From an uncultured Gemmataceae bacterium (GTDB taxonomy: Bacteria > Planctomycetota > Planctomycetia > Gemmatales > Gemmataceae), in contig CAVVPN010000011.1 in assembly GCA_963750165.1 (NCBI GenBank), positions 768,001-832,000 on the forward strand: 64,000 nucleotides of DNA, written 5' to 3'. Below the pieces are notes generated by a model. The model saw only the letters and a program-made list of their open reading frames with translations, searched no databases and was not told where the DNA came from. Of the stretch, positions 10,995 to 19,622 are shown piece after piece (the first letter of the stretch is position 1; every line of letters starts with the position of its first letter). The position numbers and the translations under genes were made by a program.

Positions 10995-11025
10995 GCCACA
11001 AGTCTCAATGACTTGTGGCTTTTTT
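10995..11025 (+). terminator. Terminator after tRNA-Phe (inside the island end)
   Basis: GCCACAAGTC-tcaat-GACTTGTGGC followed by TTTTTT. Confidence 0.8.
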
Positions 11026-11057
11026 ATTGCGCATTCCTGTTTCGCTTTACCTTCCGC

Positions 11058-11106
11058 GGGGGACAACAGGGGGACAATCGCAAGTTTGGTCCCCCGCGGG
11101 GGGACA
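11058..11106. promoter_or_regulatory. Putative integrase arm-type sites, left end
   Basis: GGGGGACAA twice with an 11-bp period (11058, 11069), plus an inverted copy and a further direct copy; the same doublet recurs at 23079-23098. Confidence 0.6.
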
Positions 11107-11282
11107 CAAGCCCCACCTGGCGGTCATCCGCTCCGACAGTTCAGGCTTTCCCCCGCCGCGCAGCGGCGGCCGGCCGCAGGCCGGGGCGTAGCGCTGCAGC
11201 CAGGGCGTGCCCGGCTCGGCTGGAGGGAAACCAAGCAAGCAAGTTAGCGCTGGGTAATTAAATATTAAATCGAGGATTATTG

Positions 11283-11310
11283 TTGAAATTGACGCAAGAG
11301 GTTATACAAT
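11283..11310 (+). promoter_or_regulatory. Sigma70-like promoter
   Basis: TTGAAA-16nt-TACAAT with an AT-rich upstream tract, ahead of the SWIM gene. Confidence 0.5.
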
Positions 11311-11387
11311 AGGAACTTAGTGCGGGAGAGGTGTTGGTAGCACCCCTCCCGCGGAACCACCAGTTCAACGTTTCGAGGGTCCAACTG

Positions 11388-11876
11388 ATGGCCACTTCCC
11401 AGGGTACGCGCGCGCCGCGGAAACGTCAATCGAAGAAGGGCCGCAGGCCGGGCGACATCCGCCAGGCGGCCGGGTTGCAAGGGCAACCACCGGCACCCCA
11501 ACTGGAACCGACGCCAGCGCCGGCGACCACACCGCAGGCGCCGGCAACCCCACCTGCGAAAGCACAACACCCCCTCGCCCTGCACCCCCAAAAGGCCGGC
11601 CACTTCAAAACCTGGCTCATGACCGTGGAAACCGGTTGGCTCGTCTCCGGGATTCCGACCGATCTCGGCCGCATGCCCAACGCCTGGAAGTTGCAGCGCT
11701 ACGACGGCCAGGCCACCCATCACGTCCATGAGTTCGAGTCCGCGGGCGGGCCGGTCATGATTTGCGATTGCGGCGAGGCGGTCATCAAGAGCGACGGGTT
11801 CAACTGCTCGCCCTGCGACCATGTGAAAATGCTGCACGCGCTCCGCCAACTGCTCGGCCACCAGGCGGAGGGCTGA
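11388..11876 (+). CDS. SWIM-like zinc-finger protein with a Pro/Ala-rich N-terminus (start uncertain)
   Basis: ICDCGEAVIKSDGFNCSPCDHVKML fits CxC-n-CxH. Confidence 0.65.
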   Translation: MATSQGTRAPRKRQSKKGRRPGDIRQAAGLQGQPPAPQLEPTPAPATTPQAPATPPAKAQHPLALHPQKAGHFKTWLMTVETGWLVSGIPTDLGRMPNAWKLQRYDGQATHHVHEFESAGGPVMICDCGEAVIKSDGFNCSPCDHVKMLHALRQLLGHQAEG

Positions 11877-11879
11877 GCC

Positions 11880-12182
11880 ATGAAACTGCGACACGCAACC
11901 ATCGTGCGGCGCTTGCCCAGCATTCTGCAGCGCGGCTTGCTGTGTTCCCGCAGCCGGGGCCGGCGGAAGGTCGTTTGGCTGCACACGCCGAACAAGACCG
12001 GCTGGGCGACGTTGCACACCGTCAAGCGCCACGGTGGACGCGTTGAGGCGGTCGTTGTGGTCGAGGTGAACGTGCCGCGCAGCTGGCTGCGACGGTCCCG
12101 CAAGGGGCTGTGGTATTGCATCCACGATGTGCCGGCCGACCGGGTTCGTCAGGTTCGGACGTTCGGCGAGATGGCGGCTTGA
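11880..12182 (+). CDS. Small ADP-ribosyltransferase-fold protein (Tpt1/KptA NAD-domain-like)
   Basis: LRHAT..RLPSILQRGL..VWL..VVVEVNV..GLWY...VPADRV parallels the LYHGT..SIL..GL..VHL..GVW...VP pattern. Confidence 0.55.
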   Translation: MKLRHATIVRRLPSILQRGLLCSRSRGRRKVVWLHTPNKTGWATLHTVKRHGGRVEAVVVVEVNVPRSWLRRSRKGLWYCIHDVPADRVRQVRTFGEMAA

Positions 12183-12378
12183 CGACGGCCAGGGCGGGCG
12201 GCGCGAGCCCAGCGCGCCGCCCCGGGCCGGCCGAGCTGCGGACGGGCGCGCCCAGGTCGTTTTGGGACAAAACGACCGGCGACCCGGAGGGGACAGCAAC
12301 CCGGCAGATGACGCAGGGTTTGGCATGGCATTTGCGCGACCCTTTCACCAACCTTCTCCTCTCCCAACCTCATCGGGA

Positions 12379-12597
12379 GCGTTGCGCAGCGCAGGTCCCC
12401 CAGGTTGATTCACGCAAACCTGTCAAGCCCCAGAAGGCCCAGCCCGGAACTGGAATTTTGGTTTTGGCCGTCCTTCGGTAGACCTGCAACCCGTCTGACG
12501 AGGCCAAAACCAAAATTCCGCATTCCCCGGGCTGGTCCCTCATGGGGGCTTGACGGGTTTGCAGCAATGCACCTGGGGGACCGGAGCGAAGCAACGC
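12379..12597. repeat. Long imperfect palindrome (~220 bp)
   Basis: Nested arms: GCGTTGC/GCAACGC, GGTCCCCCAGGT/ACCTGGGGGACC, GCAAACCTGTCAAGCCCC/GGGGCTTGACGGGTTTGC, CCAGCCCGG/CCGGGCTGG, GGAATTTTGGTTTTGGCC/GGCCAAAACCAAAATTCC. Confidence 0.9.
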
Positions 12598-12900
12598 CTC
12601 AAGCAGTTTTTGCGGAGCGAAGCGGGAGCAAAGACCTCCTCAACACGCGGCCAGGGAAGGCCGCGCACAGCATGACGGGCCCACCCCAGGCCAAGGATGG
12701 CGAAAGAACAAACAGAATTCGACACGCAAAAGAGACTGCCCCCCGTTCAGTTTCGCACAAAGTTTAGCAGCAACGAGCTGATCGCCCCCCATTTTTGCTC
12801 GAAGTATCCTCTGTAGGCCGCTCGGTACGTCGAAATGACATGCGCAAACGGACGCCGCCATTGGTAAAATGACGGTCGTCACCATTGGGGAGCGTAGGGC

Positions 12901-14082
12901 ATGGCGAAGACACGAAAGTGCAAAGTCGTGGTTGACGGGGCCTTCCAGGAGGCTACTTTCCACCAGTTCCAAAAACAGATCGTCCACGGGAGCGACAACG
13001 AGCCGCGAGAGCGTACGGTCGCCGTCGTGGAGTTGAGGAACGGCAAGTTGGTGAACTTCGAGCCGACCAATGTCCGGTTCCTGGACGAGCCTCCAGAGGA
13101 TGACCACGAACACGAAGGCCAGAGCGTCGGGAGCGAGGTCATGACCGGCCGCGATCTACTTGTGAAGTTGGAGACGTTCAAGTCAATCCTGGTCGCACGG
13201 GCGCGGGGCGAAACGCCGCGCGACGACGAGTACACCGCGCTGCGCCGCGAACTGGTTGCCAACCCCGCGATCAAGCAGGCGCTGCCGTCATTCGTCATCT
13301 CCTGTCGCACGGTGCAGGAGTTCTGGAGCTTCATCCAGCCGAAGTTCTCGACGTACAAGGCGCGAACAGACTTCCTCCAGCTGGAGTTCGAGCCGATCCT
13401 GACCGCGCTGGAGAACGACACCACCCCCAATTTGGGGGTCGGCGACCTGTTCCGCCATCAGTTCCCAGCTGGGCTGCCGTTCGGGCTCACCAAGCCGCAC
13501 GTCGTGTTGAAGCCGCAGAGCGGGACGCAGGTGTTCCAGTTCGAGGACGCGGCGGACGTCGGCGTGATCCGTAACGGCGCCTACCCGGGCCTCACCTTCG
13601 CCGGGCTGCAGGCGGCGGTAAGCGGCACGCCCGTTGCCCGCACGAAGCTGGACGAGAAGCTGGTCGCGCTCATCCAGACCGACTACGAGAAGACGTTCTT
13701 CCGCCAGTACGCCACGACCTACGCGATGATCACCACCGACGTGCCGGTGCTCGTACCGCAGGCTTGGATCCAGTGGCACTCGCTGAAGAAGGACGACCTC
13801 CGTGCCGCCGGCTCGTCGTACGCCGCGGATCTCTACCGGGTTGACTTCGTCGCATTCTGGAAGAACCGGCGCTTCGCCATCCTCATCGATGACATCAGCC
13901 ATTACGCGGTTAAAGGGTCCGGCCGATGGGACGCCAACGAAACACAGTACTCCAACCGCCTCAAGGAAGATCGCAAACTCCGCAAGGAGGGCTGGGACGT
14001 GTTCAGGGTGAGCAACTGGGAGATCCGCAGCGGCGGCCTGCCTGAGATACTCGCCGACTTACGAGAGTTTCTCGGGTTCTAG
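12901..14082 (+). CDS. Multidomain putative defence nuclease: Abi-family N-terminal-like domain plus Vsr/DUF559-like endonuclease
   Basis: ILVARARG..DDEYTALRREL..LPSFV..CRT..EFWSFI..F.TY..R..F...EFEP helical domain; C-terminal YRVDF..AILIDD..H..EDRKLRKEGWDVFRVSNWEI. Confidence 0.7.
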   Translation: MAKTRKCKVVVDGAFQEATFHQFQKQIVHGSDNEPRERTVAVVELRNGKLVNFEPTNVRFLDEPPEDDHEHEGQSVGSEVMTGRDLLVKLETFKSILVARARGETPRDDEYTALRRELVANPAIKQALPSFVISCRTVQEFWSFIQPKFSTYKARTDFLQLEFEPILTALENDTTPNLGVGDLFRHQFPAGLPFGLTKPHVVLKPQSGTQVFQFEDAADVGVIRNGAYPGLTFAGLQAAVSGTPVARTKLDEKLVALIQTDYEKTFFRQYATTYAMITTDVPVLVPQAWIQWHSLKKDDLRAAGSSYAADLYRVDFVAFWKNRRFAILIDDISHYAVKGSGRWDANETQYSNRLKEDRKLRKEGWDVFRVSNWEIRSGGLPEILADLREFLGF

Positions 14083-14222
14083 CCACGCCCTCAGGATCGC
14101 AGACAGAACCGCGTCTTCGATGTATCATAGCGCTGGCGGGGATAGGGCGTCGGCCGAAACCCGGAAAGCCTTGCCGGTTTCCCCACACTTCTCCTGCAAG
14201 GCGGCCGAAAGGTATCGGTGCA

Positions 14223-17156
14223 ATGTTGGAATATGACCGTCTTTCGGGTCGGATTCTATCCGCACTGACGGGCGAACTACTTCCGGACACATCTTGGCAC
14301 GTTCCCGAGCGCAAAGAACAGCGCATTGCGATTGCGGTCTGTGACGCAACGGGCATGACGCCCGAACGCTGGGACCGCCTGACCAAAGACGAGAGGATAC
14401 CGTGGCTGCACAAAACCTTGAAGGCCCTGGAGAAGCAACCCGCGCCCAATGCGTGGATCGAAGGCGATGACCTACCAGTCTATCGTCCGGAACCGGCCTG
14501 CGAACCACTCGCGGACGCTTCTCGCGTGGCTGGTCCAGCGGACCGCGCCGGGCGTTCGCAACTTGCTTCTCACCTCGTCGAATGTCAGCGCCGTCTAGCT
14601 GACTTTCGCACTCGACATGATTACATTGCCGTCAGGTGCGCTCTACTGCGGTTGGAAGGGGCCGGCGGGACGGTCCTTTACGACCATCCTTTCGCCCGCA
14701 TCCTGACCAATCGTGCTTTTTTCGACCGTCTGTCGGTGAGCCACGGGGAGACGTTCAACATCGCGTTCTTTCCGTTGGTGGACAGCATCGAGGCGGAGCG
14801 GATACCCGCCGCGCTGGCCTCAGTTGAAACAATCACAGGCGAAATTCACCCCCTACTGGGGGAGCTACCCAAGCCGGTTCGCGAACGCTTGCGGCTGCCG
14901 GACAGCGATAACTGGTGGCGTAGCGTCTTCCATCTCGCCTGGCATTTCCCCCGGCCATTCCTGAAGGCCACTCGCCGCCGGTTACTGTCTAAGGACGGTG
15001 CGCCCGCCGGCATCAGCGATGAGACTTTCGTGCAGTTGCACGGGATGGGCGGACGAAGCGACTTGCTGCCCGGCTTGATTTACAGCGAGATGGCACACGA
15101 CCTTTGTACGTGCTCAGAGGCCGCCGTGGCGGTCGTCCTCGACGCCTTGGAAAAGCACGCCCAAGCAGGCACCCCCGCCGGTTCGGAAGTACCAAGACTG
15201 TCGGCTGGGCAGCGACGGACCTTCGACCAGTTGCGGGCCGAGTTCGAGGCCGGAGCACAGATGCCGATGGCCTTTGAATGCAAGTTGCTCAAACTGGCCG
15301 ACAGCTTCGAGTCCCCGCCGGCGATCGAATGGGTGGGCCTGGAGGTTGGTGGATGCGTCGAGCGCTTCCTGACCCTCTCGAAGCTAAACGACCAGCAGGA
15401 GATTATCCAGATTCGCGGTCCGGCGACGGAGTGGTTTTGCCAAGTTGCCGAACGGGCTGGGAACGCGCTGCCCCCCTGGATTCCGGATTTCCCCCTGCTG
15501 TTTGATGACCCTCAACTCGGGTTCGGCGGACCGCGTCCCGTGATGAACCGCGACGCCTGCGAACGCTGGATAGGCTTTGTTTTCGCCACAATCAAACAGC
15601 ACGCCCCCGAATCCCTGCGCGTCACCTGGGGGACGCCAATGGGGCCGCTCTCCTACGGGTTCGCCACCCTCGAACGGAATCTGTGCGGCGCGTCCGTCCT
15701 TGCCATCGACCTGGCCCGGCTTACAACCGCAGCGGCAGAGACGGCGAAGCAGTTCCGAGAGAACTGCTCGCCGTTTACGGTTCCGTCGTTGGAAGAACAG
15801 GGATTCCAGTGGACCGAAGAGGTGCCCCCGCCTACACCGCCCGTAAACTATACGCTGGGTAAGTTGGTCGAGGGCCTACGGCTCTTCGCCGAAGATTACC
15901 AGCTTGTAGAAGAGCGAATCCGTGAAGAACACCCCATCACCGCAAAAGGATCCCGGTTTCGGCTCGGCGCGCACGTCAGCGGGGCGCGGGCCTGTCTGCT
16001 GGCCATCCCAGGTTTCGCTGAGTTGCGGGCGTGGGCGCGATCTGAGTGGGATGAAGAGATCAGTTTCGCGGTGAGCCGGCGTATCGTGGATGCGCTGGTT
16101 ACGCGATCCAATGGCCGCCTGTCCGCTAATGCCGCCGAAGGCTTGAGCCTGGCGGAGGCTGTCGCCCGTCTATCCGCCCTGCCCAGAGAGTCTCTAGAGG
16201 AGGACGAAGTGGATTCGAGTAGTAACGAGTTGCCCGCGCCGGTCGATCGGGAAACCAGGCAGCGAGTCATCTACGAGTTGGAAAACTGGAAACGAATCCT
16301 ATACGCCCCGCCGGCTGAAAAGCCGGCTCTCCAAAAGTACGTCGAGTTGACGAGCCGCATCATAGCCTGGCGTGGCCACCACGCCCCCCGGTTCGACGTA
16401 ACTTCGTTGGATGAAGTGCGGGGAATACTGGTACGGCGTGCCACTGGTGAACAGACGCCAGAGGAAGAACTACGGACGGTGGGGGAGAGAGCAGCAAGGG
16501 CCTGCGACCGCATCAAGGACTGGCTCCAAACAGTCGAGGGCCTCCTGGAAGAAAAGACCGCTGGCTACAGGCCGAGTACCGAAATGAGCCGCATCGTCTT
16601 CGAGCTAAACAATCCTCCCAACGACTCGCCCGCGAAGCCGGGCGAGCTGGTAGAAGTACCCAACCCCTTTGACGAAGCTCGCCGGTCGTGGCTGCCGATT
16701 CTGAAGGAGCATATCAGCAAAGTTCCCGAGCTGACTGGGGACCTGACCGAGGAGAAGCTTCGGCAGTGTCTATGGCGGAGATTTAGGGTGCGGCCGACGC
16801 AGGATCTTGACGCTGAACAAATGGTGGAATTGTTTGAAGGCGAACAGACTGGCCAACCTGACGAGGGGCCGGCTCGAACAGCCCAGAGACTGGAACATCA
16901 CCGGCTTGACGCCTTGTTGACGTCCCTGCTCTCTGCCTTCGACCGCAACTCGATGGAGCAGATGCTTCGCATGAAGATGAGCATCCGTCTCGAAGAAGAA
17001 GTCCCACATGGTGGATTTCGAGACCAGGTATTCTGGCTGATCGAGTGGGCAGAAGAAAACGGCCGGGTCGATGAACTGGCGCGCATGGCTCTCGAAACGA
17101 GGCCCCAAAGCGCAGAACTTCGGGCGTATGTCGAGGGCTTGCAGGACAGAGGCTGA
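14223..17156 (+). CDS. 977-aa protein of unknown function with a C-terminal EAD1-like domain
   Basis: C-terminal LLSAFDRNSMEQML..RLEE...FRDQVFWLIEWAEENGRVDEL..A...RPQSAEL aligns by eye with the N-terminus of the next gene. Confidence 0.75.
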   Translation: MLEYDRLSGRILSALTGELLPDTSWHVPERKEQRIAIAVCDATGMTPERWDRLTKDERIPWLHKTLKALEKQPAPNAWIEGDDLPVYRPEPACEPLADASRVAGPADRAGRSQLASHLVECQRRLADFRTRHDYIAVRCALLRLEGAGGTVLYDHPFARILTNRAFFDRLSVSHGETFNIAFFPLVDSIEAERIPAALASVETITGEIHPLLGELPKPVRERLRLPDSDNWWRSVFHLAWHFPRPFLKATRRRLLSKDGAPAGISDETFVQLHGMGGRSDLLPGLIYSEMAHDLCTCSEAAVAVVLDALEKHAQAGTPAGSEVPRLSAGQRRTFDQLRAEFEAGAQMPMAFECKLLKLADSFESPPAIEWVGLEVGGCVERFLTLSKLNDQQEIIQIRGPATEWFCQVAERAGNALPPWIPDFPLLFDDPQLGFGGPRPVMNRDACERWIGFVFATIKQHAPESLRVTWGTPMGPLSYGFATLERNLCGASVLAIDLARLTTAAAETAKQFRENCSPFTVPSLEEQGFQWTEEVPPPTPPVNYTLGKLVEGLRLFAEDYQLVEERIREEHPITAKGSRFRLGAHVSGARACLLAIPGFAELRAWARSEWDEEISFAVSRRIVDALVTRSNGRLSANAAEGLSLAEAVARLSALPRESLEEDEVDSSSNELPAPVDRETRQRVIYELENWKRILYAPPAEKPALQKYVELTSRIIAWRGHHAPRFDVTSLDEVRGILVRRATGEQTPEEELRTVGERAARACDRIKDWLQTVEGLLEEKTAGYRPSTEMSRIVFELNNPPNDSPAKPGELVEVPNPFDEARRSWLPILKEHISKVPELTGDLTEEKLRQCLWRRFRVRPTQDLDAEQMVELFEGEQTGQPDEGPARTAQRLEHHRLDALLTSLLSAFDRNSMEQMLRMKMSIRLEEEVPHGGFRDQVFWLIEWAEENGRVDELARMALETRPQSAELRAYVEGLQDRG

Positions 17157-17186
17157 AACGCCGACGTCGAAACACAGGGAGACGGT

Positions 17187-18257
17187 ATGCATCTGCCAAG
17201 TACTCAATTCCAAGAATTGCACGATGCCATCCGTGACGCCTATACGGTGAATCGGTTGGAGCAGATGCTGTATACTCGGATGGGGAAGCGTTTGGACGAG
17301 ATTTCCCTCGACACCGACTTCAAAACCGTCGTCTTCAAGTTACTGCGCGACGCCGAGATGAACGGCTACGTCCTGCCCTTGATCGTTGCGGCCAGGCAAT
17401 CGAATCCCGGCAACGAGAAGCTGCAGGGGATCGCCCAGCAGTTCGGGTTGTCGGCGGCGTCCGCGGCGCTGGAGAAGAAGGTCCGGGCTGACCTCCCTTT
17501 TCTGGACATCGCCTTGTGGCGGCGTCGCCTGGGGGAGATCGAAACTCGTGTTTGCAAGGTGGAAGTCGGGACGGGATCAGGGACCGGTTTCCTCGTCGGG
17601 CCTGGCACCCTTATCACCAACTACCATGTCCTGAAGGGGGTGATCGAAGGAACGGTGAAGCCCGCCGATGTCGCCTTTCGTTTCGACTACAAGCGAAATG
17701 AAGACGGGAGCATGATCAACCTCGGCACGGTCTTTCGCATGCCCGCCAGCAACTGGTTGATTGATTCCAGTCCGTATAGTGATGTCGATCTGATGCCGGA
17801 ACCGGGAGCCATGCTCCCTGGCCTGGACCAACTGGATTACGCTTTGGTCCGCGTCGAGGGAGCGCCGGGGGACCTCCCGGTCAACCACTCGAAGGCGGAA
17901 CACGGCGCCCCCGTCCGGGGGTTTATCAAGGTTCCGGGTGCCGGGATCAAACTCGCCATCGACGCGCCGATATTCATCGTTCAGCACCCTGAGGGGGCCC
18001 AGTTGTCACTGGCACTGGACACGAAGGGAGTGACAGAGATAAACGCCAACAAAACCAGGGTTCACTATCGCACGAACACGGAGGGCGGCTCCTCCGGATC
18101 CCCCTGCTTCGACGTGAACTGGGATCTGGTGGCATTGCACCATAGCGGGGACCCGAAAGCCAACCCGCTGGCTCTGGCCCGCTGGAACCGCGGTATCCCC
18201 TTTGACCTTATCGTGCAACAGATCAGAGGTCGGGGGCAGGGGGCCGCGTTAGGGTAG
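17187..18257 (+). CDS. EAD1 plus trypsin-like serine peptidase
   Basis: N-terminal AIRDAY..LEQML..RLDEI..VVFKLL..AE..G....LI.AA...NPGN; catalytic motifs GTGFLVG..TNYHV, LDYAL, GSSGSPCF..VALHH. Confidence 0.9.
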   Translation: MHLPSTQFQELHDAIRDAYTVNRLEQMLYTRMGKRLDEISLDTDFKTVVFKLLRDAEMNGYVLPLIVAARQSNPGNEKLQGIAQQFGLSAASAALEKKVRADLPFLDIALWRRRLGEIETRVCKVEVGTGSGTGFLVGPGTLITNYHVLKGVIEGTVKPADVAFRFDYKRNEDGSMINLGTVFRMPASNWLIDSSPYSDVDLMPEPGAMLPGLDQLDYALVRVEGAPGDLPVNHSKAEHGAPVRGFIKVPGAGIKLAIDAPIFIVQHPEGAQLSLALDTKGVTEINANKTRVHYRTNTEGGSSGSPCFDVNWDLVALHHSGDPKANPLALARWNRGIPFDLIVQQIRGRGQGAALG

Positions 18258-19291
18258 CACCCGTTCGACCTTAGCCATTCCACAGCGGATGCGAGGCGCG
18301 GCTTGCGTTCCGATCTGTCTGTACTTTTGCCAAAATCGACCCGTGAACGGTCAAGCGGTTTCGGCTGGTCAGTGCCCAGAGCGACAGACTCCAAAAAGTT
18401 GCTGACGGCACGAATTGAGCCTGCGGAGTTACATCAGTCCGGTCATACTCTTTCTGCGCCCGGGCCAGGGCGAGAGTAGCCGCAACAGCAGCGCCAGCAA
18501 CAGGGGCAGCGACCGCGGCGACGGCAGCGGCCGACGTCCCGACCTACGCGGTGCCCGTTCCCGCGACGCGACCGGACGCGCCGCGCCCGCCGCAGTCCGG
18601 CCCCGCTGGTGGCGGGCTCGGCCCGGCACCAGCAGCGCAGCGGGGGCCGGTCGCGGTGGGGTGGCGTCGGGAGGAGCGCAGCGGCCGGTCTGCTGAAGCG
18701 CCAGCTCAGCAGCCGGCCGCGGAGCGGGCCTGGGCGTTCGGGGCACACCGGGAAGCTGGGACGCGGCAGGACGCGCTACGCCCGCAGGATGCGGAGCAGG
18801 AACGCCGAGGTGCCGGGGCGTTTCACCCCGCCGTCAGCAAGAGCCTCCCCGGCGGTTGAGGGGGGCTGCCCGCCGAGGGCATCGTTCGCGCTGCACCGGC
18901 GGGGAAATCGCCGCCGCCACAGCTGCGAACACTGCACCGGGCAAGGGACAAAGGGACATGGCGGCACACCGGGCGGGGGCGGGGAGGGATGGCCGGGAGG
19001 AGCGCAGCGGCCCACGGCGAGCAATGCGGCGCGACGCCCCCTGGCAGTCCTCGGGCACGGCAAATGCGGCCAGGTGAGAAAAACGCGGCAAAACCGCCGG
19101 ACCACGCAAAAACGCCTCTTTCCCCTCCAGTTTTTCTTCTGATTACTGTACGAATGTCTAAGTGTTCGGGCAGCGGTTTGCGGTCTGTGCGGGTTGTCCT
19201 GGGACAATTGCAGGCGTGTGAGAGTGGATCAACCTGGGCTGAAACCGCTGCTACAGCCTCCAAAGTGGGCCGTAGCAGCGGGAAATGATCG

Positions 19292-19510
19292 TCAGGCGGC
19301 CGGCCTCGGCTCGTCATCGTCGGCGGCGGTGCCGGCGATGTCCTGGCTCAAGGCGGCGTGCAACTTCTGGTTGACGCTGGCCAGGGCGGCGCTTACCGCA
19401 TGACCTCCTTTGCCGCCCACGTGTTCGTGACCGGCAACCAGCTTGGACAGCTTGCCGAGGATGGAACGGGTGGCAGCGATCTGAGACGTAATCAAGGCTT
19501 TCACGGTCAT
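19292..19510 (-). CDS. Small hypothetical protein
   Basis: 72-aa helical ORF with a GGAGG RBS, downstream of DUF3987. Confidence 0.45.
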   Translation of the reverse strand: MTVKALITSQIAATRSILGKLSKLVAGHEHVGGKGGHAVSAALASVNQKLHAALSQDIAGTAADDDEPRPAA

Positions 19511-19622
19511 CCTCCAAAAAGGGACAAAGGGACACAGGAGCGCCGGGTTTGGTCGTTCGTCGCTGGTCCCAGCGAAACCCGTCCCGGCGAAACCCCCAAA
19601 AAGCTCTGGAAAAGCGAGGGTT

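Noticed and set aside
12379..12597. Retron msr-msd
   Set aside because: There is no RT in the island; the only RT is about 29 kb away and intron-encoded.
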